From contig JBAYLF010000003.1 in NCBI GenBank assembly GCA_041664205.1, positions 7,349 to 71,348 of the forward strand: DNA of 64,000 nt, given 5' to 3'. The notes beneath the pieces were generated by a model. That model was not told where the DNA came from. It made no database searches and worked only from the letters and a program-made list of their open reading frames with translations. Shown piece by piece: positions 19,326 through 28,159 of the stretch. The stretch's first letter is position 1. Each line of letters opens with the position of its first letter. A program made the translations under genes and the position numbers. This DNA comes from Minisyncoccota bacterium (lineage in GTDB: Bacteria > Patescibacteriota > Minisyncoccia > Phycocordibacterales > JBAYLF01).

Positions 19326-20078
19326 TTAAATTAAATACTCGCCTACTTTTGTCCTTTTAATATCTAAAGCTAAGGCATCTATATCAAGTTTCTTACCTAT
19401 TTCATTAGCTAAACTTCTTATATAAGTTCCGCTTGAACAAGCAACTTTTATTTTTGCTATTGAAAAAATTTTCTGTGAATTGGCGAAAAATTTATCCCAT
19501 TCGGCTAAAATTTCCTGTTGTCTAAAGTCGCCTTTTACTCTCAAAATTTTTTCGGCAATTTCTTTATGTAATTTTTCTTTAGATAGTTCAAAAAATTCAA
19601 GAATTTGTATGTCGTAAATTTCAACCTCTTTTTTTGGCATTTCGATCTCATCTAATTTATCTTCCCTCGCCCACTGCCAGAGTTGCTTACCGTTTACTGT
19701 TTTTGACGAATAAGATGGATACTCCTGAAAAAATTTTCCTTTGAAATTTTTTATTTCCGCCCTGACTTTTTCCTCCAAATTTTCAACTTTTGATTTTGAA
19801 CTTTTTATCTTTCCCAACACATCATGAGTGTCAGTAGAAACTCCAAACAATACTAGAGCCTCATACTCTTTGTCAAAATTCAGATACTTTTCTTTATCTT
19901 TATTATCTTCTCCAACCACAACCAAAAGAACGCCGGAGGCCAAAGGGTCTAGCCGACCAGCGTAACTCAGCTTTATATTTTGATATTCTAGATTTTCATC
20001 CTTAAATCTTTTAATTCTTTCCAAGGGTGTTTCCCCGCTCTCTTTGTATAGATTCAGGACTTTTGGTAATTTATTCAT
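19326..20078 (-). CDS. Second, divergent TruB-family pseudouridine synthase
   Basis: YAGRLDPLASGVL (catalytic Asp kept), KEY, STDTHD, CSSGTYIRSLA. Confidence 0.85.
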   Translation of the reverse strand: MNKLPKVLNLYKESGETPLERIKRFKDENLEYQNIKLSYAGRLDPLASGVLLVVVGEDNKDKEKYLNFDKEYEALVLFGVSTDTHDVLGKIKSSKSKVENLEEKVRAEIKNFKGKFFQEYPSYSSKTVNGKQLWQWAREDKLDEIEMPKKEVEIYDIQILEFFELSKEKLHKEIAEKILRVKGDFRQQEILAEWDKFFANSQKIFSIAKIKVACSSGTYIRSLANEIGKKLDIDALALDIKRTKVGEYLI

Positions 20079-20099
20079 AGTTTGTTAATATATTAGGAT

Positions 20100-21407
20100 A
20101 TGACAGATAAAAAGCAAAAAATTGAAACTGAACCATATAAAGGCGTTAGAGATTTCTACCCTCAAGATATGGCGATAGAAAATTATATTTTTAATGTTTG
20201 GCGCAAAACTGCCGAAAGTTTTGGGTATGTAGAATACAATGCTTCAATCCTTGAACCAACAGAACTTTATAAATCCAAAACAAGTGAAGAAATAGTGAAT
20301 GAACAAACTTATTCTTTCGTTGACCGAGGAGATCGTGGAGTAACACTTCGTCCTGAAATGACCCCTACAGCAGCAAGAATGATTGCGGCAAAAAGACGAG
20401 AAACCGCTTTCCCTCTGCGATGGTATTCAATAGCAAATGTTTTCAGATACGAAAGACCTCAACATGGCCGTCTTCGCGAACATTTCCAACTTAATGCCGA
20501 CTTTTTTGGATTTGAAAAAGAACTCGCAGACGTAGAAATAATTTCACTTGCATATACAATAATGAAAAACTTCGGCGCAAGCGATGACGATTTTGAAATT
20601 CAAATAAACAGCAGAAAACTAACTAACGCAATCTTAGATAATTTCTACGAACTAGATGAAGAAAAATCAAAAGCAATTCGCCAACTTATTGATCGTAAAG
20701 AAAAAATAAACAATTTCGAAGAAGAAGCAGAGAAAATAGTAGGCCGTCCTTTTGAATTTCTGGGCGACGATTATAAGAGCGAGAAGTGGCAAGAGGCATT
20801 AAGCAATCCGATGATACGCGAAGCAAAAGAAGAATTGGATAAAACTATTGAAACCTTGAAGGATCGCGGAATTGCAAATGTAAAATATTCAGAAACCCTT
20901 ATGCGAGGTTTTGAATATTACACCGGCGTAGTTTTTGAAATTTTCGACACAAATCCTAAAAACAACCGCGCGCTTTTTGGTGGCGGACGCTTTGACGAAC
21001 TTATGGAAAATTTTGACGCAGAAAAAGTTGGAGCTGTAGGCTTTGGAATGGGTGATGTAACGATCAAAGACTTTTTGGAAATTCGAGGCTTAATTCCTGA
21101 CTACAAGCCAACGATCGATCTGTGCATTTGTCCTTTGAATAATGAACTGATTGAAAACTCAGAAAAATTGGGAAAAGTTTTTAGAGAAAATGATGTTCGA
21201 GTCATAGTAGATATAAGTGGTAAAAAAGTCTCAGAGCAATTAAAAACTGCAAATCGACAGAATATTCCATACGTTATTGTAGTTGGCGATACAGAAATTA
21301 ACGAGCAGAAATTTAAAGTTAAAGAAATGAAAACTGGAAAAGAAACTGAATTTGATTTTAAAGATGTAAAAAAAGCAGCCAATCTAATTTTATCAAATAC
21401 AAAATAA
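20100..21407 (+). CDS. hisS: Histidine--tRNA ligase
   Basis: KGVRDF, LRPEMT, FRYERPQHGRLREH, RGFEYYTG, GGGRFD. Confidence 0.96.
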   Translation: MTDKKQKIETEPYKGVRDFYPQDMAIENYIFNVWRKTAESFGYVEYNASILEPTELYKSKTSEEIVNEQTYSFVDRGDRGVTLRPEMTPTAARMIAAKRRETAFPLRWYSIANVFRYERPQHGRLREHFQLNADFFGFEKELADVEIISLAYTIMKNFGASDDDFEIQINSRKLTNAILDNFYELDEEKSKAIRQLIDRKEKINNFEEEAEKIVGRPFEFLGDDYKSEKWQEALSNPMIREAKEELDKTIETLKDRGIANVKYSETLMRGFEYYTGVVFEIFDTNPKNNRALFGGGRFDELMENFDAEKVGAVGFGMGDVTIKDFLEIRGLIPDYKPTIDLCICPLNNELIENSEKLGKVFRENDVRVIVDISGKKVSEQLKTANRQNIPYVIVVGDTEINEQKFKVKEMKTGKETEFDFKDVKKAANLILSNTK

Positions 21408-21418
21408 TTTCCTGTTCA

Positions 21419-21994
21419 ATGAAAAAGATCGTATTTGATATTGAAACAAAAAATATTTTTCAAGAAGTTGGTAAAAATGACCCGCTACTTTTAGATATTT
21501 CTGTGGTATGTATTTACGACTATGAAACCGATCAATACATGTCATTCTTTGAAAGCGAATTGAAAAAGCTTTGGCCTATTCTAGAAAAAGCTAATGTTTT
21601 AATTGGATTTAATTCAGATTACTTTGATATCCCAATTCTCAATAAATATTACCCTGGCGATTTAACGCAAATAAAGAGTTTGGATATTATGAAAGAAATA
21701 AGAAATTCACTAGGGCGACGCATAGGTCTTGGAGCAATAGCCGAAGCAACAATAAATAAAGGCAAAAGTGGAAATGGCCTCGAAGCAGTAACTTGGTGGA
21801 AAAACGGCGAATACGACAAAGTGAAAAAATACTGCATCGATGACGTAAAGGTGACAAAAGAAGTCTATGAATATGCTCTTAAAAATAAAAAGTTAAAATA
21901 CAAAGACGGAGGAATTTTAAAAGATATTCCATTAGACACAACCGACTGGGAAAAAACTGAAGAAATAGCTATGACTCAATCACTTCCTTTTTAA
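21419..21994 (+). CDS. RNase H-like (YprB / RNase_H_2) DEDD exonuclease-family protein
   Basis: FDIET, GFNSDYFDIP, YCIDDV. Confidence 0.85.
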   Translation: MKKIVFDIETKNIFQEVGKNDPLLLDISVVCIYDYETDQYMSFFESELKKLWPILEKANVLIGFNSDYFDIPILNKYYPGDLTQIKSLDIMKEIRNSLGRRIGLGAIAEATINKGKSGNGLEAVTWWKNGEYDKVKKYCIDDVKVTKEVYEYALKNKKLKYKDGGILKDIPLDTTDWEKTEEIAMTQSLPF

Positions 21995-22057
21995 AATAAG
22001 ACTGTGCTATAATTACTCAAACCAATTTATAAATTATTAAGTTAACAAAAATAAAAT

Positions 22058-22774
22058 ATGGAACAAAAACAAAGTTTCGCATTAAATGCTCCCGTAGCTA
22101 TACTTATCGCCGGTTTATTTATAGCAGGCGCTATCGTTTATTCAAACTCGCCTAATAAAAATATTCAGAATAATCCGAACGGCAATGATGCTGCACAAGT
22201 GGCAAAAGACATTACTGTTGAACCTGTAAGTGAAAAGGATCATATATTAGGTGATCCAAAAGCAAAGGTTGTGCTTGTTGTTTACACAGATTTTGAATGC
22301 CCTTTCTGCAAAATGTTCCACAACACGATACAACAAGTTTACGACAATTATAAATCAGGTGGAAAAGTTGCCATTGTTTACAGAGAGTTTCCACTAACAC
22401 AGCTTCACTCAAAAGCTGCTAAAGAAGCTGAAGCTTCAGAATGTGCAGCTGATCAGGGTGGCAACGATGCATACTGGAAATTTGTAAATAGATTATATGA
22501 AATAACACCTTCCAACAATGGTTTAGATTCAGCACAATTACCTAAGATTGCACAGAATATTGGTCTTAATGTTGATACCTTCAATGATTGTCTTTCAAGC
22601 GGTAAATTCACTCAGAAAGTTAAAGACTCTGTAACTGCTGCTGTGAAAGCTGGCGGACAAGGATCTCCTTACTCAGTTATTGTAGCTAATGGAAAAAATA
22701 CTCCATTCGATCAAGGAGCGGCACCATTTGAAACAATGAAGCAAGTCCTTGATGATGCAATAGCTGGTAAATAA
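22058..22774 (+). CDS. DsbA-family thiol-disulfide oxidoreductase
   Basis: N-terminal TM, DHILG, DFECPFC, FPL..LH. Confidence 0.9.
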   Translation: MEQKQSFALNAPVAILIAGLFIAGAIVYSNSPNKNIQNNPNGNDAAQVAKDITVEPVSEKDHILGDPKAKVVLVVYTDFECPFCKMFHNTIQQVYDNYKSGGKVAIVYREFPLTQLHSKAAKEAEASECAADQGGNDAYWKFVNRLYEITPSNNGLDSAQLPKIAQNIGLNVDTFNDCLSSGKFTQKVKDSVTAAVKAGGQGSPYSVIVANGKNTPFDQGAAPFETMKQVLDDAIAGK

Positions 22775-22792
22775 AAATAAAGTTTCCAATTT

Positions 22793-22822
22793 AAAAATCC
22801 CGCAATTGTTGCGGGATTTTTT
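22793..22822. terminator. Bidirectional terminator
   Basis: AAAAATCCCGCAA-TTG-TTGCGGGATTTTT. Confidence 0.8.
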
Positions 22823-22838
22823 GTAAGAATAAAATCTA

Positions 22839-23126
22839 TTAAGGATCAAGAAACTGTCTATCATGCCTGTTATTTGGATCAAGATATCTATCTTCTCTAT
22901 GACAGTGTGTGGGGAATGCAGAGTCATGAAAAAATTCATTAAAGCTAGCTATCATTTCTTCTGTTTTGTGTCTATCAGCAATAGCGCAATCTTCACAAAA
23001 ATCACCACCTTGAGCAAACGGATATCCGCAAACTTTACAACTAAGTTCTCTAGCCCCTTCATTTTCTTTGTTGTTTTCAATTCCGTGTGGATATAAAAGA
23101 ATCGCAAATTTTTTATTTTGACTCAT
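22839..23126 (-). CDS. Small putative zinc-finger protein, paralogue A
   Basis: FAILLYP...CKVCGYPFAQGGDFCEDC. Confidence 0.65.
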   Translation of the reverse strand: MSQNKKFAILLYPHGIENNKENEGARELSCKVCGYPFAQGGDFCEDCAIADRHKTEEMIASFNEFFHDSAFPTHCHREDRYLDPNNRHDRQFLDP

Positions 23127-23194
23127 AATTTTCTTTCAGTTTTCTAAAACAAACAATACTCTTTTAAATTAATAAAATCAAACTTTTGCAAAAG

Positions 23195-23228
23195 AAAAGG
23201 CCTTGCAGTGTTTAAACCGCAAGGCCTT
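23195..23228 (-). terminator. Terminator of the 23247 gene
   Basis: AAGGCCTTGC..GCAAGGCCTT with a T-tract on the minus strand. Confidence 0.65.
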
Positions 23229-23246
23229 GAGTTTGGTTGATTGTTT

Positions 23247-23573
23247 TCAGTTTCTGTTTTTGACTTCTTCTGGGATGAAGTCACCGATCGTCGCTAAAGG
23301 AATTTCTCCGGCATCGTGTTGACGAAATAGTTCTTCAAATAATTCATCGACACCAGCATCAAATTCAGCCTGTTCTTGTAAGCTTGGAACTTCCTCTTTG
23401 CCGAGGAAATCCTGACACTCCTGTTGAGTATCAGCAACAAAAACAGTAACTTGAGTTGTGTTACAGACAACTGCATAACCTCCACCACAACAAGGAACGA
23501 TCATACAAGCATCCTTATCCCAAAAAGGTTTAGCCCAATCAGGACAAACGAAACCGCGTTCTGAAGTTTTCAT
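23247..23573 (-). CDS. Hypothetical acidic, Cys-containing protein
   Basis: 108-aa ORF with promoter TTGACT-16bp-(TGC)TACACT ending 10 nt upstream of ATG, and its own terminator. Confidence 0.6.
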   Translation of the reverse strand: MKTSERGFVCPDWAKPFWDKDACMIVPCCGGGYAVVCNTTQVTVFVADTQQECQDFLGKEEVPSLQEQAEFDAGVDELFEELFRQHDAGEIPLATIGDFIPEEVKNRN

Positions 23574-23607
23574 AACTAATAAAAGTGTAGCACGAATTTA
23601 AAATAAG

Positions 23608-23844
23608 TCAAGGAAAAAGACCTTGTATAGGGAGCGTAACTCCGTAAATAAAAGCATCGGAATCGCCAATATTTTCTCTAATTTTTACCCCACTTAAGTT
23701 AATACAGCAATCGCAACGCTCTCCACCTTGTGCAAACGGATATCCGCAAACCTTACAGCAGATATCTCTGATTCTGTCATTTTCTTGTTTATTTTCAGTT
23801 CTGGATGGATATAAAAGAATAGCAAAATTTTTAGTTCGACTCAT
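23608..23844 (-). CDS. Small putative zinc-finger protein, paralogue B
   Basis: MSRTKNFAILLYP...CKVCGYPFAQGGERCDCC; start moved to ATG 23844 by alignment with paralogue A. Confidence 0.65.
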   Translation of the reverse strand: MSRTKNFAILLYPSRTENKQENDRIRDICCKVCGYPFAQGGERCDCCINLSGVKIRENIGDSDAFIYGVTLPIQGLFP

Positions 23845-23917
23845 ATTTAATTTCAGTTTTCTAACAAAAACAATACTCTTAAAAATTAATAAGAGCAAAT
23901 GAATCAGCACTTTTATA

Positions 23918-26836
23918 TTAGATGATCAAGCTTTTTAATTTACAGAACTCACATTTTTCATCATCGCAAAATTCTGTAAGAATTCTGCCTGACCAAACGC
24001 TATCAATAAGAGATTGGATATTTTTTGCCAGATCTGCGAGATCTGATCTTTCTATAGGAAGAGTTATTGTGTGGCATCTTCCTTTCTCATCTGGAGATAT
24101 GAACACAAGCGATGGAGTTATTTCTTTACCTTTAAATCTGTGATCAGATTCTAGAAGCATTTTATAAAATACAAGTTGGCGAAAATAACCACCGTCGGAA
24201 TTTTGAGTTTGTCCCTTTATTTGATTTACACTCATTTTACCTCGCGTTTTATAATCAAAAACTAGAACTTCATTTCCTGTATCTACTATCGCATCGAGTT
24301 TTCCATGAATAGGAACAATAACTTTTTTATCTTCAAAATCTGCAGAAAATTCGCTCTCGCTCCAACTTTCAGTAAAAATTTTTCCTGAAAGAGTAAAATG
24401 TTCGTAAAGACTTTTTGCAACAATAGGTGCGTCCTCCATCAGTTCTTCTAAAACTCTTTCCTTATCAACTTTTCGTAGAAGAGAGTTACTCATATATTCA
24501 CGAACTGTTTCTTCTATTATCTCTTGAATACGTTCAACACTTCTTTTTTGTTCAATCCAAACATGATTAAAAGCTAAGTGCATCGCATTCCCCTTCTCTG
24601 CACTTGGAGCTGAAGGCTCCGGCAATCTAAGAATACTCTTGTATATAAATCTGCTTGGACAATCAAGAAAATGATTTAATGCGGTCACAGAAAGTCCTTT
24701 TTCGGTTAATATCCTTTTAGTATAATTTAATATTTTTTCATCCTGATTAAAATTTTTCTTAGTATTAATCTCTAAACTATTTTTAATTTTGGGCAAAAGA
24801 GTATGAGAAACAAAATCTTCATCGAGCTCAGAAACAAAACGAAGAGAAGAAAGCATTTTCCCGTCTGCGTCTTTCGATGGAACAATAAGCACGATGTGCG
24901 ATTTAGCACGAGTAAGCGCTACGTAAAAAAGTCTTCGATTATCACGAATTTCATCTCCTTCGCTTAAAAGTTTTTGTGTTGGAAGAACAAAAAATGAATT
25001 TCTGCCACGAGAGCTCCATGATTCTTCGGTAACATAAGGAAGAAAACAATAATCAAATTCTAATCCCTTACTGCCGTGCGCAGTCATTACTTTAATCTGA
25101 AGGTCTAAAGTGCCAACGCCTATTTTTATACTTTTTTCTTCTGAAGATATCTTATACGCAATAAGCTTTTCCATAAGTTCCATTGGGTCTCTAATATTTT
25201 TTTCTTTAGATATACCCTCCGCAAGTTCAAGAATAGCTCTCCAAACTTCAACAAACGCAGGATCTTTTATTATTATCTCCAAAAGACCGCTCTTTTCCAC
25301 AACACCAATAATAAAGCTTATAGGGTCATCATTTACAAGGTCAGACATCAATTCAGAAATAGCGGGGATTTTTGAGATAACTTCTTTTGAACTGCCTTTA
25401 TTCAGATCTTTAAGAATTTCTATTCTTGATTCAAAATCAATATTCCATAATCCTGAAGCTATACTTTTCGCCAAACAATAATCTTTTGATTGGTCATGAA
25501 GAAATTCTATAATAGAAAAGAAAATCAATCCTACTGGATGTGAAAAAATATCTATACTACGTTCTGAGGAAACAGGAATGCCAGCAGATTCGCAAATTCT
25601 AATTATCCTATCGACATCTCGATTTGTTTTTGTAATGATTGCAACAGTTTTGTTCGGCTCATTTTCTGTAATATTTTTCAATTGAGAAATCATATATTCT
25701 TCCCCAGTATAAATATCAGGTGCTTCTATTATATCTACAGGCCTAATTTCTTTATCACCCGAAGCCTTAAGTCTGACTCGGAGATGAGAATATTGTCCTG
25801 ATTCATAATTTTTCTCAATCATTTTAAAACTACTATCTAAAATAGCTTGGTGCGACCTGTAATTATTTTCAAGAAAAATAGTCTTGATGCCTGGCCAAAT
25901 CTTTTCAAAGTGCAAAAAGTTTTCTACTGATGCGCCTTGAAAACGATAAATTGCCTGCTTCTCATCACCGACTATAAAAACATTCGGGTTTTCAAAAAAA
26001 TCTGCCAAAAGCTTTATTATCATATTCTGCGAATCATTAGTATCTTGATGTTCATCTACCAAGATATAAAGAAATTTTTCCTGAAGAAGACGAAGTAAAA
26101 GCTCATCTTTACGAAGGACTAATAAAAGTTCAAAGATAAGATCATCAAAATCCATAAGCTTTTTTTCTTTTTTATCTTTTTCATATTGTTCATATATATC
26201 TGCAGCAAAAATAGTTTTCTCGCATTTCTCTATCTGTTTTTTTGCATCTGCTTTAAGTTCACCTTTGGAAGCACCTCGTGTAGAAATAAAAGACTCATCA
26301 TTTTTAATTCTCTCAATTTCTTCTTTAGCAAAATCTCTGACCATTTCTGGAGTTAAAGCTTCTTTTTTAGATTCGTGAATTAAATTTAAGATATGCTTCA
26401 AATAAAGATCTGGTTTACCCATTGGGCGTAATAAATTAAATTTTTCGCCACTTAAAATATTTCTTATTAAAACATCAGAATCAATTTCAGTCATCTGACG
26501 AAAACCATAGAGATGAACAAAATGATCATTGAATTCACTTATAACAGAACCTGCAAAACCGTGGAATGTGCAAATTTTTATTTCATCTGCACGGCTACCC
26601 ATAATTTCACGCAATTTTTGTTTTATTGTTTTAACCCCAGCTTCAGTAAATGTAATGGCCAAAATACCTGACGGCGGAGTATCAGTTTTTCGTAAAATAT
26701 TTGCGATCCTTAGAGTAAGTATTGTTGTCTTTCCTGTTCCTGGACCTGCCACAACCATCACTGGACCTTCGATAGAATCAACGGCTTCTTTCTGTTTTGT
26801 ATTGAGTTTTTTATAAAGCTTATCGAACGTTTCCAT
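23918..26836 (-). CDS. UvrD/PcrA-family SF1 helicase fused to a C-terminal PD-(D/E)XK nuclease (AddA/AdnAB-like)
   Basis: AGPGTGKT, DEHQD, GDEKQAIYRF, NYRS, TAHGSKGLEF, YVALTRA; nuclease GKLD..DYKT..QL..Y; Cys set DCP...CDDEKCEFC. Confidence 0.92.
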   Translation of the reverse strand: METFDKLYKKLNTKQKEAVDSIEGPVMVVAGPGTGKTTILTLRIANILRKTDTPPSGILAITFTEAGVKTIKQKLREIMGSRADEIKICTFHGFAGSVISEFNDHFVHLYGFRQMTEIDSDVLIRNILSGEKFNLLRPMGKPDLYLKHILNLIHESKKEALTPEMVRDFAKEEIERIKNDESFISTRGASKGELKADAKKQIEKCEKTIFAADIYEQYEKDKKEKKLMDFDDLIFELLLVLRKDELLLRLLQEKFLYILVDEHQDTNDSQNMIIKLLADFFENPNVFIVGDEKQAIYRFQGASVENFLHFEKIWPGIKTIFLENNYRSHQAILDSSFKMIEKNYESGQYSHLRVRLKASGDKEIRPVDIIEAPDIYTGEEYMISQLKNITENEPNKTVAIITKTNRDVDRIIRICESAGIPVSSERSIDIFSHPVGLIFFSIIEFLHDQSKDYCLAKSIASGLWNIDFESRIEILKDLNKGSSKEVISKIPAISELMSDLVNDDPISFIIGVVEKSGLLEIIIKDPAFVEVWRAILELAEGISKEKNIRDPMELMEKLIAYKISSEEKSIKIGVGTLDLQIKVMTAHGSKGLEFDYCFLPYVTEESWSSRGRNSFFVLPTQKLLSEGDEIRDNRRLFYVALTRAKSHIVLIVPSKDADGKMLSSLRFVSELDEDFVSHTLLPKIKNSLEINTKKNFNQDEKILNYTKRILTEKGLSVTALNHFLDCPSRFIYKSILRLPEPSAPSAEKGNAMHLAFNHVWIEQKRSVERIQEIIEETVREYMSNSLLRKVDKERVLEELMEDAPIVAKSLYEHFTLSGKIFTESWSESEFSADFEDKKVIVPIHGKLDAIVDTGNEVLVFDYKTRGKMSVNQIKGQTQNSDGGYFRQLVFYKMLLESDHRFKGKEITPSLVFISPDEKGRCHTITLPIERSDLADLAKNIQSLIDSVWSGRILTEFCDDEKCEFCKLKSLII

Positions 26837-26882
26837 ATTATATTGGATTATAGCATTTTTAGGCTCAGTTCGTCAGAATACG

Positions 26883-26907
26883 AAAAACGCCCTTGCGGGC
26901 GCTTTTT
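26883..26907 (-). terminator. rpoD terminator
   Basis: AAAAACGCCC-TTGC-GGGCG-CTTTTT. Confidence 0.75.
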
Positions 26908-26911
26908 GTTT

Positions 26912-28123
26912 CTAATGGTAATTCTTAAAACGATTAACTTTTTCGTGCTGGCGAATTTTTTCATGTGCCTTCGCTTCAATCTGTCGGATTCTTTCTCGAG
27001 TAACACCGAACTTTCTTCCAACCTCCTCCAATGTGTGCTGTATTCCATCAATAAGTCCGTGTCTTAATTCCAAAATTTTTCTTTCCTTTTCTGAAAGGTC
27101 GCCTAATATTTCTCTGACTTGGTCGCGCAAAATTCTACGTGACGCATCTTGATCAGGTGAAGAAATTTTTTCATCCGCAAGAAAATCTCCTAATGTAGAC
27201 TTTTCAGAATCATCATCGCTTATAGGAGTTTCTAGAGAAACTGTATTCTGATCAATCTTTTCAATGTTATATATCTTATCAACATCCAAACCCATTTCTG
27301 ATGCGATCTCTTCAGGTAAGGGATCTCGTCCTAGATCCTGACTCAATCTTCTGTATACTTGCTTGTATTTTGCAATAGTTTCAACCATGTGAACTGGGAC
27401 TCGAATCGTTCTTGATTGGTCTGCTAAAGCTCTTGTTATTGCCTGTCTTATCCACCAAGTAGCATATGTTGAGAATTTATAACCTTTTGTCCAATCGAAT
27501 TTTTCTACAGCTTTAAAAAGTCCAAGGTTTCCCTCTTGAATCAAATCGAGAAGTGTAAGATCAGGACTTCGTCCAACATATTTTTTAGCAATAGAAACCA
27601 CAAGTCGAAGGTTCGCTCGAGCTAAAAGATTTTTTGCTTCATGATCTCCTTGAGTAATTTTCTTCGCAAGATCTTTTTCCTGATTACCGTTAAGTAATGG
27701 GTATTGTCCGATCTCCTTTAAATACATTTGGATTGAATCATAAGAAGCATCAGAACGTCTTCCGTATGCGAACTTCTTCATATATTCATCTTCTACATCG
27801 GTTGCACCTAAAAGTCCTCCTCCTTCCAAAACATCAACTCCTGAAGTCTGAAATTTCTCATAAAGATGATCAAGAAATACTATATCGTCTTCAATATTTG
27901 GAAATTCTTTAAGAATTTCATCATGAGTGACGAAACCGCGCTCACGTCCTTTAGCAAGAAGTCTGGCAGCCCTTACTTCCCACTCTTTTTCTCTTTTTGA
28001 ACCGCTCATTTTAGGTTCAGGTTTATTTTTTGCCTTTTTTACCACAGGCTTTTCACTCACTTTTTTAGAAGTGGTTTTCTTTTTCTTTACTATTACTTTT
28101 TTTGTTTTATTTTTCTTTGCCAT
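26912..28123 (-). CDS. rpoD: Primary sigma-70 factor
   Basis: [52 protein letters not shown]. Confidence 0.96.
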   Translation of the reverse strand: MAKKNKTKKVIVKKKKTTSKKVSEKPVVKKAKNKPEPKMSGSKREKEWEVRAARLLAKGRERGFVTHDEILKEFPNIEDDIVFLDHLYEKFQTSGVDVLEGGGLLGATDVEDEYMKKFAYGRRSDASYDSIQMYLKEIGQYPLLNGNQEKDLAKKITQGDHEAKNLLARANLRLVVSIAKKYVGRSPDLTLLDLIQEGNLGLFKAVEKFDWTKGYKFSTYATWWIRQAITRALADQSRTIRVPVHMVETIAKYKQVYRRLSQDLGRDPLPEEIASEMGLDVDKIYNIEKIDQNTVSLETPISDDDSEKSTLGDFLADEKISSPDQDASRRILRDQVREILGDLSEKERKILELRHGLIDGIQHTLEEVGRKFGVTRERIRQIEAKAHEKIRQHEKVNRFKNYH

Positions 28124-28159
28124 ATTAAAATTAAATTTGACCTTAAATTTTATAAATTA

